From NCBI GenBank assembly GCA_013265495.1, contig MU057724.1:945102-1009101 (forward strand): DNA of 64,000 nt, given 5' to 3'. The notes under the pieces are model-generated. The model was given only the letters and a program-made list of their open reading frames with translations, did no database searches and was not told where the DNA came from. The stretch comes from Vicugna vicugna. Its lineage: Eukaryota. The translations under genes were made by a program, and so were the position numbers. Below, one piece after another: positions 27,032 to 40,114 of this stretch. Within the stretch, counting starts at the first letter, position 1; the number at the start of each line of letters is the position of its first letter.

Positions 27032-30000
27032 TATTTCAATAAAAAAATTAGTAAATAGAAAGAAGAAGAGGCAGTAGAGATGGAAACAGGATGGAGAAGA
27101 GGAGGGACAGCGCAGGGCTCCTGGGGGCCCGTCTCCCTGGCAGACCCGGGCAGGACGTCAGGATGACTAATGCGTCTTGACGCAGGTGAGCGGAGCCCTG
27201 GCTTCAGGGGACCAGGTGGACCTGGGCCAGCTCTGCCGTGGTGACCACGAAGGATGGCAGCCCTCCCCTGTTCTCCGCAGCCGCCCCGGCTCCCCTTCCG
27301 GATCTCCGAGCAGCACGGCGGGGAGGGACACGCACGCTCACAGGTGGTCGTGGTGGAATGCACTGCCATCACAGCCGGGGGCCGGGGTGGGATACGGGTG
27401 ATTTTGATGGAAAGGAGAATGAGTGGGTATTTCTCCTACATTCAGGTTTGTGAAGACTCAGCCATGTAGATCGCATGATTATTACCTGCATTCTACCGTA
27501 ACATCCATGTGTTTATTTTTATTATTTTGTGCGGCATAGTGAATATTATTTCAACATTATTACAATAAGGCATGATTTTTATAGTTTTTGAAAACTACAC
27601 TCTGACTTGGAAGATACTCTGAGGGGACTATTTCATTGCAAAGGGAGACATTGTATAATAAATGATCATAATGATCTTTCAACATGATTTTATGAATATT
27701 GACTTTAATCTTTCATTATCAAATATTTATAATGGGTGTGCTGTTGAACTAACTGCACACGGTTTGAAGCAGCAAAACCACAGCCGTGAAGAGGTCCAGG
27801 TGCTCGTCCCAGGTTCAGGCACCAAAAGAAGGGAGAGTGTCAGGTGAGTGGTCCCAGGACTCTGGCCAGCGGCGCTGGGAGCAGGGGGGAGCTGGGGGCC
27901 AAACGACAGCGGCCAGTGGCTGGTGGGCTGTTTTTGCCGGTGCTGAGAAAAGGCTGTCTGAGGAACTGGCACGTGTCCCGAGACATGGACCCTGAGGAGG
28001 GACTGGCCATGAGACAGAGCCCCAGGCTGAGAGGCTAGAGAAGACAGAGGCTCCCGGGACTTCCTGCTGCCACGCCGGGACGGGGTTGGTGGTCCTGAAG
28101 GCACCGGACAAGGACAGACAGTGGAGATGCGGCCGGAACAAGGAGTTTGCATTTCACCGTGACACTGACTATTTGAGGAAGGAGGCTAACATTTGACAAA
28201 GATGGCTTGGATGCTGCTTTGAGACCGGACGCAGACTGAGCAGTAGGTGTGAAGATGCCAGAGGTTTGGCCGTGCTCGTCGGGAAGGACAGCTGGGCCTG
28301 GCTGGGGGAGGGTCACTCACAGGGCTCGCTGCAGAAAGGAGAGGGGAGACAGGTGGGCAGCCGTGTAACTCACCGTCCAAATCGGAATACTTGGAAAGTA
28401 AAAGGCAATGCTGATTATCAGGCCAGGGCAAGCGGTGTAGCCAGATCTGTCTTGAGTAAACCAGGCTGTGTATTAATCCCAGGTTCGGGGAGAAAGAGGA
28501 ACCAGGACTGAGGTTTTGGTTTTGCAGACGGCAGTGTGTTTACTCAGGGTAGGGGGGGGACCAGCAAAGCCTGTGGCAGGACACATCTGGGAGAAGAAAC
28601 CAGCTGTTCTCCCCTACATGGTAACTCTCAGAAACCCAATTCTGTTTTTTAATCACTGGAACCTGAGTAAGGAGTTAGGGGTTAAAATGCCCCTGAAACA
28701 CCCCGGACCTGAAGTTTCGCTGTGATTCGTTCAGTAAGTTTCTGAAATGATTCGGTGGCACTTCATAAGTTTATATTCCAAGTTCACTGAAAAAAAAATC
28801 CGGGAACCAATTTATTTCCCAAGAGGTTTTTGTTAAAAAAGAACAAAACTGGTTCAGCCTCAAATGGTCATCATTGAATATGGCAAATACGTCTCCTTTA
28901 TGCTTTTCTGTCCCTTCACGATTGGCTAAGGAAAACCACAAACCTGACTTGCCAAGAAATTGTCAGAAGACGTCAGACAAGTCAGTTTTTCGATCTCAGT
29001 CTCCTCATCTATGGAACCAGAGAAGTGGAATTAGTATCTTGTGGAACTAGAGCCTGAGTGAATCAACGCCCACAGGATCAGAGGCGGGGCTGGGATGCCC
29101 TGACGGCCACGTCACCCTCAGATTCTTCATCTCGACTCTCGGAACCAGAAGGAGGAAATCTTCACCTCACCTCTAAAGGTTCTGCAACAGGAAAATGAGT
29201 GTTCCATGGCTTCTTTGCAGGTAGGCGTCCACACACATGCACATACTTTAACAGGAGATCGTACACCATACCGTTGCCAGTGGAGTCATGCGTGCTCGCA
29301 GGGAACAAGTACGCCGCCGTAAGTCACAACGCGGTGAAGTTACTTTATTTTTCCAGATTTATGAGAGGTGAGTGGCAGAGATAAATTTAAATAATTCATT
29401 TATTCAGCTTCTCGGAGGGAATCATTTTTAAAAACAGCGGAAGCTTTTATTCAACGGATTTTCAGTTCAATGTTGAAATGTCAGAAACTAGATATTTGCA
29501 TAACTTCTGGGATTCCCACTAAATTAAAAGATTTTGGAAAATAATTAGAAGTGTAATACATGCAACCTCGTCTTGTCTTACAGAATCAAGGAGATAATAA
29601 AGCCCTCGGACCGTAAATGTTAATGGAGTGACGCCTTCACGGAAGCAGTGATGTCAATCAAAGCGGTATTTACAAGGCAGGGTGGCAAGTTTACTTCCCT
29701 AGGATGATTTATGAAATCACAGTGAAGTACATACTCCATAACATGGTATGAAACTAAGTAGGGAGGCAGTGCTCTATTTTATGGAAAATGAAGTAATTTA
29801 GATGAACTTCGATTTTCATTTCAAATGCCGTAACTCTTCCTATGATTTATTAAAAGTGCCATATTCATGCCTCTGTGATTTGTCTAAAATGCCGTCTTCC
29901 TGTCCCTCCCTATATTTCATTGCCAAGTGTCATCATTTGAAAAATATCTCTGAGGACCACTTTTCATTGAAAAATTTGTTCCTGACATTTTCTGTATGAT

Positions 30001-33000
30001 GTTTGTAAGATGTAACTGATACCTGGTAAGTCAGTGCGTTTCCACGTGACGTCTGTGGACAAAGCCAGTCCAGGTAACACCCGTGGCATGTTTCCAGTCG
30101 CTCTGTCCTTCGGACCGTGTCGCCATCGTCGTCTCAGGCACATACCAGGGCTGCCTCTCTGTTTACCCATGTCCTTGAAACAGTTACCTGTTGGTAATTT
30201 CCAGTTACCTGGAATTTTTCCAGTTCCCCTCGGTCTTTGATCAACTTCGTCAGGTCCCGCAGAACCCAGCCAGCAGAGGACACGTCCTAGCGCGCCAGGC
30301 GGCAGGACACTGGTCACTCCACAGCAGTGTGGGGACAGGGTCGGCCAGAGAAGCCGGCTACGGCGTGTGCCTGTTCACTGAGTCGCAGTTAGTGGGGGAG
30401 GAAGTGGCGAGACGCTTAAACAGTCTCTTGTTGAGAAGAAGTCGTTTTCCTGTTGGATCAGGTAAGGTTTACAGAGGAACCAGGTAGGAGCTGTGAGCAC
30501 AGAGCAGCCAGACCTCACGAGTTCTGATCAGAGCTCGTGACCTGCGCCCTTGAGGGCCCCGGCTAAAGCCGTCCCTTGGCAAAGCTGAGCTGGTGGGACC
30601 CACAGTTTCCAGATAGGAACGTGACCATGAGAATAGTTCGGTCCTTCATCGCTGTAACTCTCTTTAAACTGTAGAGACACCAGAGATAGGAAGGAACGGG
30701 AGGCTGTTCACGGAGGTCAGTCTGTGGCCGTCCTCAGAGGGCCGCACCCCCTCACCCGGGCACTGACGTTGGCCTCCAGGGGACCCACAGTGGCCACAGG
30801 CCTGGTCCCAGTGGTCCAGGTGCTGAGAGAGCTGGGAGACCGCGGGCTGCCGGCTCACCTGGAGCAGGTGGGACCAGGCTCAGAGTGGCGGGTCTCAGCG
30901 CTGGGGGCTGGGCTAGCCTGCGCTCTTGCCCAGAACAGTCCTCACTGGGAACGCCGACCCAACTGGACCTGCAGGGATGACTTAATCAAGGACATTTGCT
31001 CTGAGTTCTTCTGACCAGAGGGTTTTTTAAAATTACATTCACACAATAGAGGTACTGGTGCCGAAATGAGCTGGCGGGGTTAAAATTAAGCAGATGCTCC
31101 CTACATTTTCACATGAGGGCTGCACCCCCCGCCCCCCACTACACAGGCGTGATGATGGCAGTACTGACAGACTAACATTTCAGCCCCCGTGCGCGACAGG
31201 TTGGACCCCTGGGTCACCGCGACCTCACCTGCCCCAGCTCACACCAAGTCTGGCGGGAGCACGGCTGTTTAGGACAGAAGGCAGGTTGGCTTCCTAATGT
31301 GGCTGAGTCTGTGGCACCAACAGCACACGGAGGTTTGCCAAGAGGACGTGCCCACGTGGGACTGTGCGGCCGTGGCCTGTTTACTCACCTGGAAGGGGGC
31401 AGAGGGCTTCTGCAGCTCTGGGGAGACTCAAGCCACGGAAAGGCGGCAGGGAAGACCCACCTCCAAACACACCACACCCTGCCAAGGCGCAGGGCGAGCA
31501 ATCACAAGGGACCTGTAAAAACAGTTAATTTTGCCCCAGAAATAATACCTAAGGGAGGAAAACACAGCCTGGAGCTAATCAGCGACCCCAGGCCCTTCCA
31601 CCTACCGCTCCAGGCTGACCCTTAAAACGTGACTTCTTCCCGTTGTTTGTGCACTGCGGCACTAATGATACCATTGTGCAGTACAGCCTAACATTCACTC
31701 AGGCATATTTCATCAAGATTGGGACTGATGAGTCAGACAATCTCAGGACAAAATGACGCATGTGGATGGCCCTCCAGCACGGATGGCCAGTGCGACTGGA
31801 GTCAGCCACCACCCAGGTAAACAGGGGAAGAACGCTTGCGTCAACTGCTTGCTCTTCGATAGTGACGTTAGCAGACTTCACATCACTCCGTCGAGAATGC
31901 GCACTTGTAGAAAAGACCACTTAGGGCATAGGTTTCAGAACGTCCCAACAATCGTGAGGTTTTATTAAGATGCAACGTTACGACGCTTGTAAGGTAAGGG
32001 ACCCTGCCCGAGGAGCACCACCGGTGGGACGGCGAGTGACCTCTCCGATTTTAGGGTCTCAGTGTTCTCAGCAGTTAGCTTCTTTTCCCCTCTGGAAAGC
32101 TGTGAACCATTCACTGCTGTCTTCCCTTCTTTGTGCTGACAGCTACAAGTGCAAGGCCAAAACACTGGTCAACTGCAGTGTTTTTGGAAATAGTGAATGC
32201 CCGATTTTGGACATTATTTTGTGTCCTTGTGTCTATATTTTTCTGCCTTTATTTTCCCTTTCAGGTCATTTCTTAAAACTTTAAAAAAAACTTGGTGTAT
32301 AGTATGAATTTTAAATCTTTATACAAATACTTTTGGCATAAATTGAGGGGAATTTGTTGAAGATAAACAAAAACAAAACAATCAAAAAGTGAGTTTAAAA
32401 GTTAAATGCATGTATTTCAGTTCAAAGTATTTTCTCCCTTGTGCTTCCAAACCACTATCCTTTGCCAACTGCTTTATCAGAACCTTCACAGCCACGGTTC
32501 TCTCTCAAATTCCAGATGCAGCTCAGACTGCGTTTAATGACATGGACCCCCAGTCTCAGTTGCGTCTCGCCCGGTGCCGGCTCGCTGTGTGTCTCTGTTT
32601 TTGGAAGCATTCGGGGAAACGCTCACGTGGCCCTCAGCTTAGCTTCCCCGAGGCGGGGCGGTGTGGCTGACTTCTCCGTTCATCCCCTGGTCCTGCGGCT
32701 CTGAGTCGGTCTGTGGATTCACCGCAGGGGCTCGGGGCGCCCCGGCTGCCCTCCCCGCGGCCCCTCCGGTGGTGACGGGGTGACAGCCGCCGGGCTCCAG
32801 ACGCACTCAGGGCCCGAGGTGGAGCATCTCCGGGAACCGCCTCACACAGACAGCTTGTCTTCATTCCTTGTCTCCGTCAGCTGCTCACACAGGCAAGCGT
32901 TCCTCTGGGCACTGACTGCACACTTCATATGTCGCCGTCAAGATCCCATTTTAAAATAAATGTGTAGTGAGTCGGGTTCCCGTAGCTCAGGTTTGTGAGA

Positions 33001-35159
33001 TTACTAAACAGATATAAGCAAGTGGTCCAATGGGTATCAGCTACTTTTAGACGTATTCATATCTTGTTGAGCAGTAACGTGCCTACTTGGATGTCATCAC
33101 TGCAGGCATGCAGGGACTTTGCATGGGGCAGGACGACCATCACCAATCAGCTTCTACAGAGGCAGTCGGTTGCATTTTGAAGCTACTGTTGACAAGTCCC
33201 TTTTAACGTAACCTGCATAACTTAGAAGACATAGATCAGTGGGTCATCCTTGCTCCACAAGAAGGAATTATTTCTTCAGATAAGAAGCTGCGGAGGTGGG
33301 GGGCCATCTCCAAGTGCTGTCTGAGGTTAGAGAGATGGAACGTGAGGGTGGACATGCTCACTTTCAAACCTGATGCCCGCGCTCCGGGAGAAGGTTGCAG
33401 TGGTAAGACTTGGGAGGTGATGGGATGTCAGGGGCAGGACGCATGCCAACATGGTTCTCTGTGAAAAGCATTCACAGTCCAGGCCAGACCCCCATGGGAC
33501 ACCACCCCCCCGGCTGGAAGGGCTGAGCAGGGCAATCCAGGCGAGGTCCGTACACACTTTCTGAATTGTCTGGAGAGCTGACAAGTCCGGGCACTGCCCG
33601 GAAAGGCCTTCAAGTGTAGGAATAAAAATAACATCAGGTTTTCCCAAAACTACAAGATTTCTGGGTCCTTTGTTTGCATTTCAAAGGCTGATAAGCCCTC
33701 CTTAGCCCAAATCAAATGAGACACATCTCCAGTGTCGCAGCTCTCCCTGTTTCTACGAACGGGGGTCCTGGGGACACAGGACCTGAAAAGCTCCTGCTGT
33801 TCTGAGGCTGATGTGGAGGGAGGCCCCATTCTCAGAGGATGGGCTGGAGGACGACACAAGGTGACCCGAGGCACAGGGGCCTGAGGGGGGCACCCAGATA
33901 CGATTTCCGTTCGATGCTGACCTCAATTTTAGAGCTGGATTAAGACATTGGTTGGGGGCAGGTCATACTGCTGGAAGTAAATAAATACAGTTTAATCCCT
34001 GACTCTAGAACAGCACCCATCCTCCTGGGGGGAGAGGGAACTTCTCACAGGACAGGTGAGAAACATGTTCACCGCAAAGATCACAGGGTGTGAGGCCAGT
34101 GGGACAGAAGAAGGAAACAAAGGCTGACCGGAAGGCTCTGAAGGGCTCTCGGAAGATGATTTCTTGTGAAACACAGACGCCAGTAGCTAAATCCAAAAGC
34201 AAGCGTTCAACCCAAGTGAGGCAGAATTCCAGCGACTGCCCTGCGCGTCTGTCCAGCTGACTCTCTTCCAATGCCTCTGTCCTGCCTCAAACTACCCACT
34301 GGGTCTCACCTTCAGTGGCTGTTCTTTTCATTTGAGAAATGCATAGATTTTCTTTTTAAAAACCTGCCTGCACATTCGCATATTGAATCTTTTTCTTTCT
34401 CTGAGAAGCAGCTTCCTTTTTGTTAACACTTCGAGCATTTAATCTGTGTTCTCTCTCCCACTGTTACTTATGCCGCCTGGGTCCCTGCGCTGCTAGTCCC
34501 CCAACCTGCGCAGTCTGCTGACTCAGGGGGACCGTTTCCCCGTACGTTTGTGACGTTTCAGTGCGAATTCGTCTTCAGTGGTGGTGCGGGTGAGGGTGTA
34601 AGGGCTCCTCCCTCCCGAGTGGTTTTTCGCAGCCTACTTCAGGACTTCTCATGACAGGTCTCCACCTCCCTCAAGACACAGCTCGCCTCCTGTCTGGGTG
34701 GGCTTGTGCAGCACTGAAGCCCGGGTCCCGGGCAGTGAGGTCCCCAGCACTGCCCAGTGCCTGGGCCACTGAGGCTCCGGGCTGGAATGGAAGTCTGTGT
34801 CCAGTCCCATTTACACATTGATTGAAGGACCTCAGGTCCTCAGAGGCTGGTGGCCGAAAGTTTTAGTTCTCTGCCATGTGAGCTACCCTAATGGTTTACT
34901 TACAACAGGGGAGGTGGCTTCCTCCAGAGCAAGAATTCTGTGAGAGGACAGAGGGGCAGAGAGCAGGTGAGCTGGTGAGGACCCAGGGTGGAGCTGCCGA
35001 CTTCATAACCTGATGTTGGAAGGGCCACTCCATCACTCGTGCCACTCAGACCAACCCCAAGAGGAAGGGAGTGGGACCAGGGACTGCACAAGGCCAAGAA
35101 GGCCGAGAGCGAGGCATGAGCGGAGGCTCTGGGAGTGAGCCGCTGGACGGATCTTTCTT

Positions 35160-35600
35160 AACCACATTGTTTTATAACGAGCGCAGAGTGGAAAGAATCC
35201 AGATGTTCATCACTGTTAGACGGGAGATGTAATCTCTGGTATACTCACAAACTGGAATATTACATAGCAGTGAAGATCAATCAGCTACAGCCACAACACA
35301 GGTACAATGTGGAGTAGAAGGAACAAGACAGAGAGGAATAATTATAATTTGATTACAATCATGTAAGTTCCTACACTAGCAAAACTGATTGGATTTTTAT
35401 GAATGTAAACCCTGGAGGTAAAATGATAAAGAAAAACAAGGAGTTCATCACAACAAAAGTCAAGACAGAGGTTCTGTCCCAGGGGTGAGGGGTGTGTTTG
35501 GCGGGAGCACAGGGGAGCTCGTGCAGCGCTGCTGGTGCCTGTCTCCGCGCCCCCCTGCTGGGTACGCTGGTACCCCCTGCGTGAGCACTCCTTCCACCAC
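35160..35600 (+). mobile_element. Ancient L1ME-type 3' end
   Basis: 'ccagatgttcatca...ggtatactcacaaactggaatattacatagcagtgaaga'. Confidence 0.65.
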
Positions 35601-38600
35601 GCAGCCGCCATTTCATCGGTGTGTGTTGCAGTCATGCTGAAACGTCTAACCGTTGCATAAAGTGCCGTGAGCTCCTTACGTGAAAACTGATTCCATGTGC
35701 CTCTCTGCATGTTTAGGTCTGATGTCATGGCAGTTTTCTTCTAGAAGAAAACTCCTTATATATTAGAAAAAAAATCTGAAGATTGGTCAATAAGTACAAA
35801 TGTCACACTGTCGAATTAATAAAAATCGCCCTGTTCCCTCCCAGTATTCCTTGCGTTCAAGGCATCTGTCACATATTTCTCAAATGTCACCCAAAGGTCG
35901 CAGGAGTGCCATGGACAATGTTGACATTCAGACAGTATTAGAACAGAGATGAAGAAAAGAAAGAGCAGCAGAAGAAAGAGGAGACAAAAGAGGATGCAAG
36001 GGAAAGACGCAAGGCAGTGAGAAGGACCAGGAAGAGGGGATGCAGGAGCTCTGTCCGGGGACCCTGCTGCTCAGTTGTTGTCACACAAAACGCAACTGAG
36101 GTTTTCCAAAAAGCCATGCACTTTGTCTTCATATTTGTTGGACTAATTAGACTAAAATAGTTATTAGCAAAAAAGAAGGCTGCCAATTTCTACTTTCTTT
36201 ATTAAGGAAAAACGTGAGAACACACGAGAAAGAGCTTAGTACTTTGTAAACTTCCATCCAGGTGTGAGTCATTATTATGGTCTAATATATTTGTTACGTA
36301 TTTTGAATTAAATGTATTCCAAACCACTTGAGAACGCTTTTATAATAATATTCAAAACCACTAAGGTTAGTACTCAGACGTTTCGGCGTTCCCAGCATGC
36401 CGCTCAGCCCTACGTGGCTACGGGCCTGCCACCCTGCGGTGTAGACGTTTCAAAGAACAGAATGCGACCGTGGCATGTACACACACCTGGAGCAAACATT
36501 TGATGGTTATGACTTTGAAGGCTATGAACCAGAGGGCCCTGAATGGCACGGCCCAGCGCGCCCGGACACCACCGCTTCCACACCAGCTCCATGAGGGACA
36601 GAGTGCCCTGCAGGCTTTGTTCTCTGGGGGTGTACGTACAGAAATAGGATAGTATTTTTTCCTTCTGTTTGTTTATTTGTTTTTGACAACCAGGGATAGT
36701 ATTTCAGACACAGCCAACTCATAAATACATATGCAGCACAAAATGCAATTCATACAAGCTCCGTTTAAAAAGAAGCGCATCTTTTGTGCATATCGGATAT
36801 AAGATTTAAGCAGGACCCCCAAGAATGAAATGGATTAAAACCGAAGAAGGCACTTTCACTGGCCTTCCACACGGACCGCTGCTCTGTTTCTCCGCACAAA
36901 TTCTTCGGAAGGAAAGTAACATTCTGCAGCACCGCTGCGCACGCTGCTTCCGGCCATTTCCATGAGCACAGCCCTCCTCGGCTTTGGAGATGCGTCTTTG
37001 CATCCATTTCATCTGTAAGTTCTACTTCCTGCTTAAAAAGGACTTCGCTGCGGCCGAGTGTCTATCGTCCAGCCTCACGCTAACAGGCAGAGTGGAGAAA
37101 TGCTGACAAAGTGCTCTTTCTCAGGGCATGAGCTTTCCAGGGGGAGCGTCCTAGGCGAGCTCCGGCAGCGCCACCGACGACGCCTCGCTGCTTTGTTGCA
37201 GACCTCACAGCAGGCGGGCACCTCGGGGACCGTGCTGCCTGGGAGAATTTTGATTTACATGAAAAGGATACAATCATTAAAATGCAGATGAAACATTGTT
37301 ATCATTCAACACATTACATTTTAATACAGGAAAAATCACCTTTAACTTTTCTGCAAATTATGGCCTCCAGGGAACCTCCGCATAATTATTGTACTGTTTC
37401 TGGCCGAGTCACAGTCAATTCTGACATATTTTGGAAATGAAAATTAGATCCTGTGAGCTAGTGACAACCTAAAAGACAACTGGCTTTTCAGATTGCCTCA
37501 AATCTACGTGTTTCCCCTCCAGAAAAGACCATTTCTTCATTCTTATTTTGCTTCTGGGAGTGTTGAAGGGTTGAACGTGGAACTAAAGGTAGACAAAAAT
37601 GTATGTGAACACTGGAAAAAAACAGAAAATGGAGTCAGACAGTTGAGCCAGGAGGAGCAGACACCGGGGCCAGCACACACCGCTGGGGACAAGCCTGAAG
37701 ATCCCACCACCGCCCACTTCTAAACCAGAGCCACCTGCGGCTGTGAGAGCCACGGCCGGTCTCCCGGGACATCCTGGCAGCCTGCCTGGGGGAGGGGGCG
37801 TGTGACTTGGGCTGAACCACAGAGCAGAGGGTCAGGCAGACCAGTACATCTGGCATTAAGTTGGGTCTGAAAGCTCTGGAGCACAGGTGCCATCTGCTGC
37901 CGCACGGAATGTGAGCTTCTCAGGTGACATGCTAAGTGGGACACTGGCTTTTCCTTAGTCAGGAGCTCCTGTGATTTATTTTGGGGGCCCCTACAGGCAG
38001 TCTGCGTGGTGAGAGTTTGCGGGCCTTTGAGCACACAGGACCAGGCCTGGTGTCGAGGAGGAACAGGACCAGCGCTGGCTGTAGACCCGAGACAGCTGGG
38101 CTGAGCGCTCTGCAGCAGGGACACCCATAGCAGCCTGGCCTCCTCCTGGAGCAAGAGGTGGGACTTCTAGACTCTGGGGGGTACTGAGGTCAGGCCCTGC
38201 TGTCCAGTGTGGGGGCAGGGGGCCGCCGGGTCTGCGGGCTGGGCCCACGCGGGTGGCTCCTCCCTCCCGTAGACTGGGGACAGACACCGTCCTTGCTGAC
38301 GAGGACATGGTGAAGACTGGCTCTGGGTCCCTGAGAAAGACACTCCTGGGTGGTGGGCAATGCTTGTCCAGCTCAAAAGGACAGAGGACACATTTAAACT
38401 CCCAGTTTTCTGAAGTAAATGCTCCAAGAGAAGAGAAGTAATGCTGGGAACCGCCAGCTCCTGGACTGCCTTGCGTTCTCCCAGGCAGGGACTTGGAGGA
38501 GGCAGGGCCACGCCTGGGACATGGCCTTGGTTACTAGAAGCCACACCGGGCTCGTCACAGCTCTCAGAGCGGGAGAGGGCTCCTGGTTCTCAAGGGCGGA

Positions 38601-38629
38601 AGGACATTTGAATCGCTTCTTCCTTCGAC

Positions 38630-39340
38630 GGTTGTGAATGATGCTGTAGTGAACACAGGTGTACAGGTGTCTGTTGGGGTCTCTGCTTTCAGTTCTTTGG
38701 GGAACACGCCTAGAAGTGGAATTTCCAGATCATATGGTAATTGTACTTTAAGTCATTTGAGCAACTGCCACAATGTTTTCCACGTGGCTGCACCACGTCA
38801 CATTCCCACCAGTAGCAGTGTGCGCCAGTTCCAGTTTTGTTTTGTTTTTTTAACATTGTCACCAACCTACGCTCTTTTCTGTTGCTTTTGTTACTGTTTT
38901 AACAATAGCCGCCGTGATGCGTGTGAAGCCGTGTATCACGGTGATTCTGACCGGTGTGTCCTTAACGATGTGTGAAGCTCTGCATGTGCTGTTTGCTGAC
39001 TGTTTGTATGTCTCCTTCGGAGAATGTCTGCTCACATCTTTGCAGGTGTTTTAACCGGGGTGTTTGGTTTTTGTCACTGAGTTCCTTACATAATCTGGAT
39101 GTTTGCTCCCTACCAGGTATCGAAAATGTTTTGTCCCTTTCTGTGGGTTGCCTTCTTACTGTATTAATACTATCTTTTAATGCAAAAAAACTTCAATTCT
39201 TTGTGGTCCAATTTATCTATGTTTCCTCTTACTTCCCGTCATTGTGGCCGTACATGGAAATGACTGTCAGGTCCAATGTCGTGAGGACTTTCTCCTGTGT
39301 GTTCTCTTACATGCGCTTTAGTTTTCGCTCTTACGGTTAA
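38630..39340 (-). mobile_element. L1M ORF2/3' fragment
   Basis: 'tgtgaatgatgctgtagtgaaca...cctagaagtggaatttccagatcatatggtaa...cacattcccaccagtagcagtg'. Confidence 0.9.
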
Positions 39341-39488
39341 CTGACTATGAGATTCTTACAAAATTTCCATTTTGCTTCTAGTAATATTTCTGGGATTAAA
39401 GTCTATTTGATCTGATATTAATACAACCTCTTCAGCTCTTTAGAGGTTACATTTTGCATCATACATATTTCCCTATACTTTCATTTCT

Positions 39489-40097
39489 TTTTTAACATTT
39501 TTTATTGATTTATAATCATTTTACAATGTTGTGTCATATTCCAGTGTAGAGCACAATTTTTCAGTTATACATGAACATACATATATTCATAGTCACATAT
39601 TTTTCTCCATGAGCTACCATAAGATCTTGTATATATTTCTCTGTGCTATAAAGTATAATCTTGTTTATCTATTCTATAATTTTGAAGTCCCAGTCTATCC
39701 CTTCCCACCCCCCTCCCCCTTGGCAACCACAAGTTTGTATTCTAGGTCTATGAGTCTATTTCTGTTTTGTATTTATGCTTTGTTTGTNNNNNNNNNNNNN
39801 NNNNNNNNNNNNNNNNNNNNNNNNNNNNNNNNNNNNNNNNNNNNNNNNNNNNNNNNNNNNNNNNNNNNNNNNNNNNNNNNNNNNNNNNNNNNNNNNNNNN
39901 NNNNNNNNNNNNNNNNNNNNNNNNNNNNNNNNNNNNNNNNNNNNNNNNNNNNNNNNNNNNNNNNNNNNNNNNNNNNNNNNNNNNNNNNNNNNNNNNNNNG
40001 GGATTCCTGGGTCATATGGTAAGTCTATTCCTAGTCTTTTGAGGAATCTCCACACTGTTTTCCACAGTGGCTGCACCAAACTGCATTCCCACCAGCA
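39489..40097 (-). mobile_element. Young 5'-truncated L1 with TSD, nested in an older L1
   Basis: Translates to [25 protein letters not shown] (L1 ORF2 end); TSD cct(at/gc)actttcatttct at 39472-39488 and 40098-40114. Confidence 0.92.
39788..39999. other. Assembly gap
   Basis: Run of N. Confidence 1.
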
Positions 40098-40114
40098 CCT
40101 GCACTTTCATTTCT

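Larger units (their letters stand above)
22279..32284 (+). pseudogene. Candidate micro-exon gene/pseudogene for an ~80-aa secreted peptide; exons 22279-22345, 25284-25304, 27770-27843, 29357-29367, 30010-30025, 30184-30193, 31970-31993, 32265-32284
   Basis: Kozak gcaATGG; signal-peptide-like MEHGIILSFVLSAVCLLQANFA; AG/GT at every junction (gttaga, gtaaat, gtgagt, gtgagt, gtaagt, gtaatt, gtaagg); CTAAC branch point before exon 3; three in-frame stops at 27787, 30017 and 31990. Confidence 0.55.
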
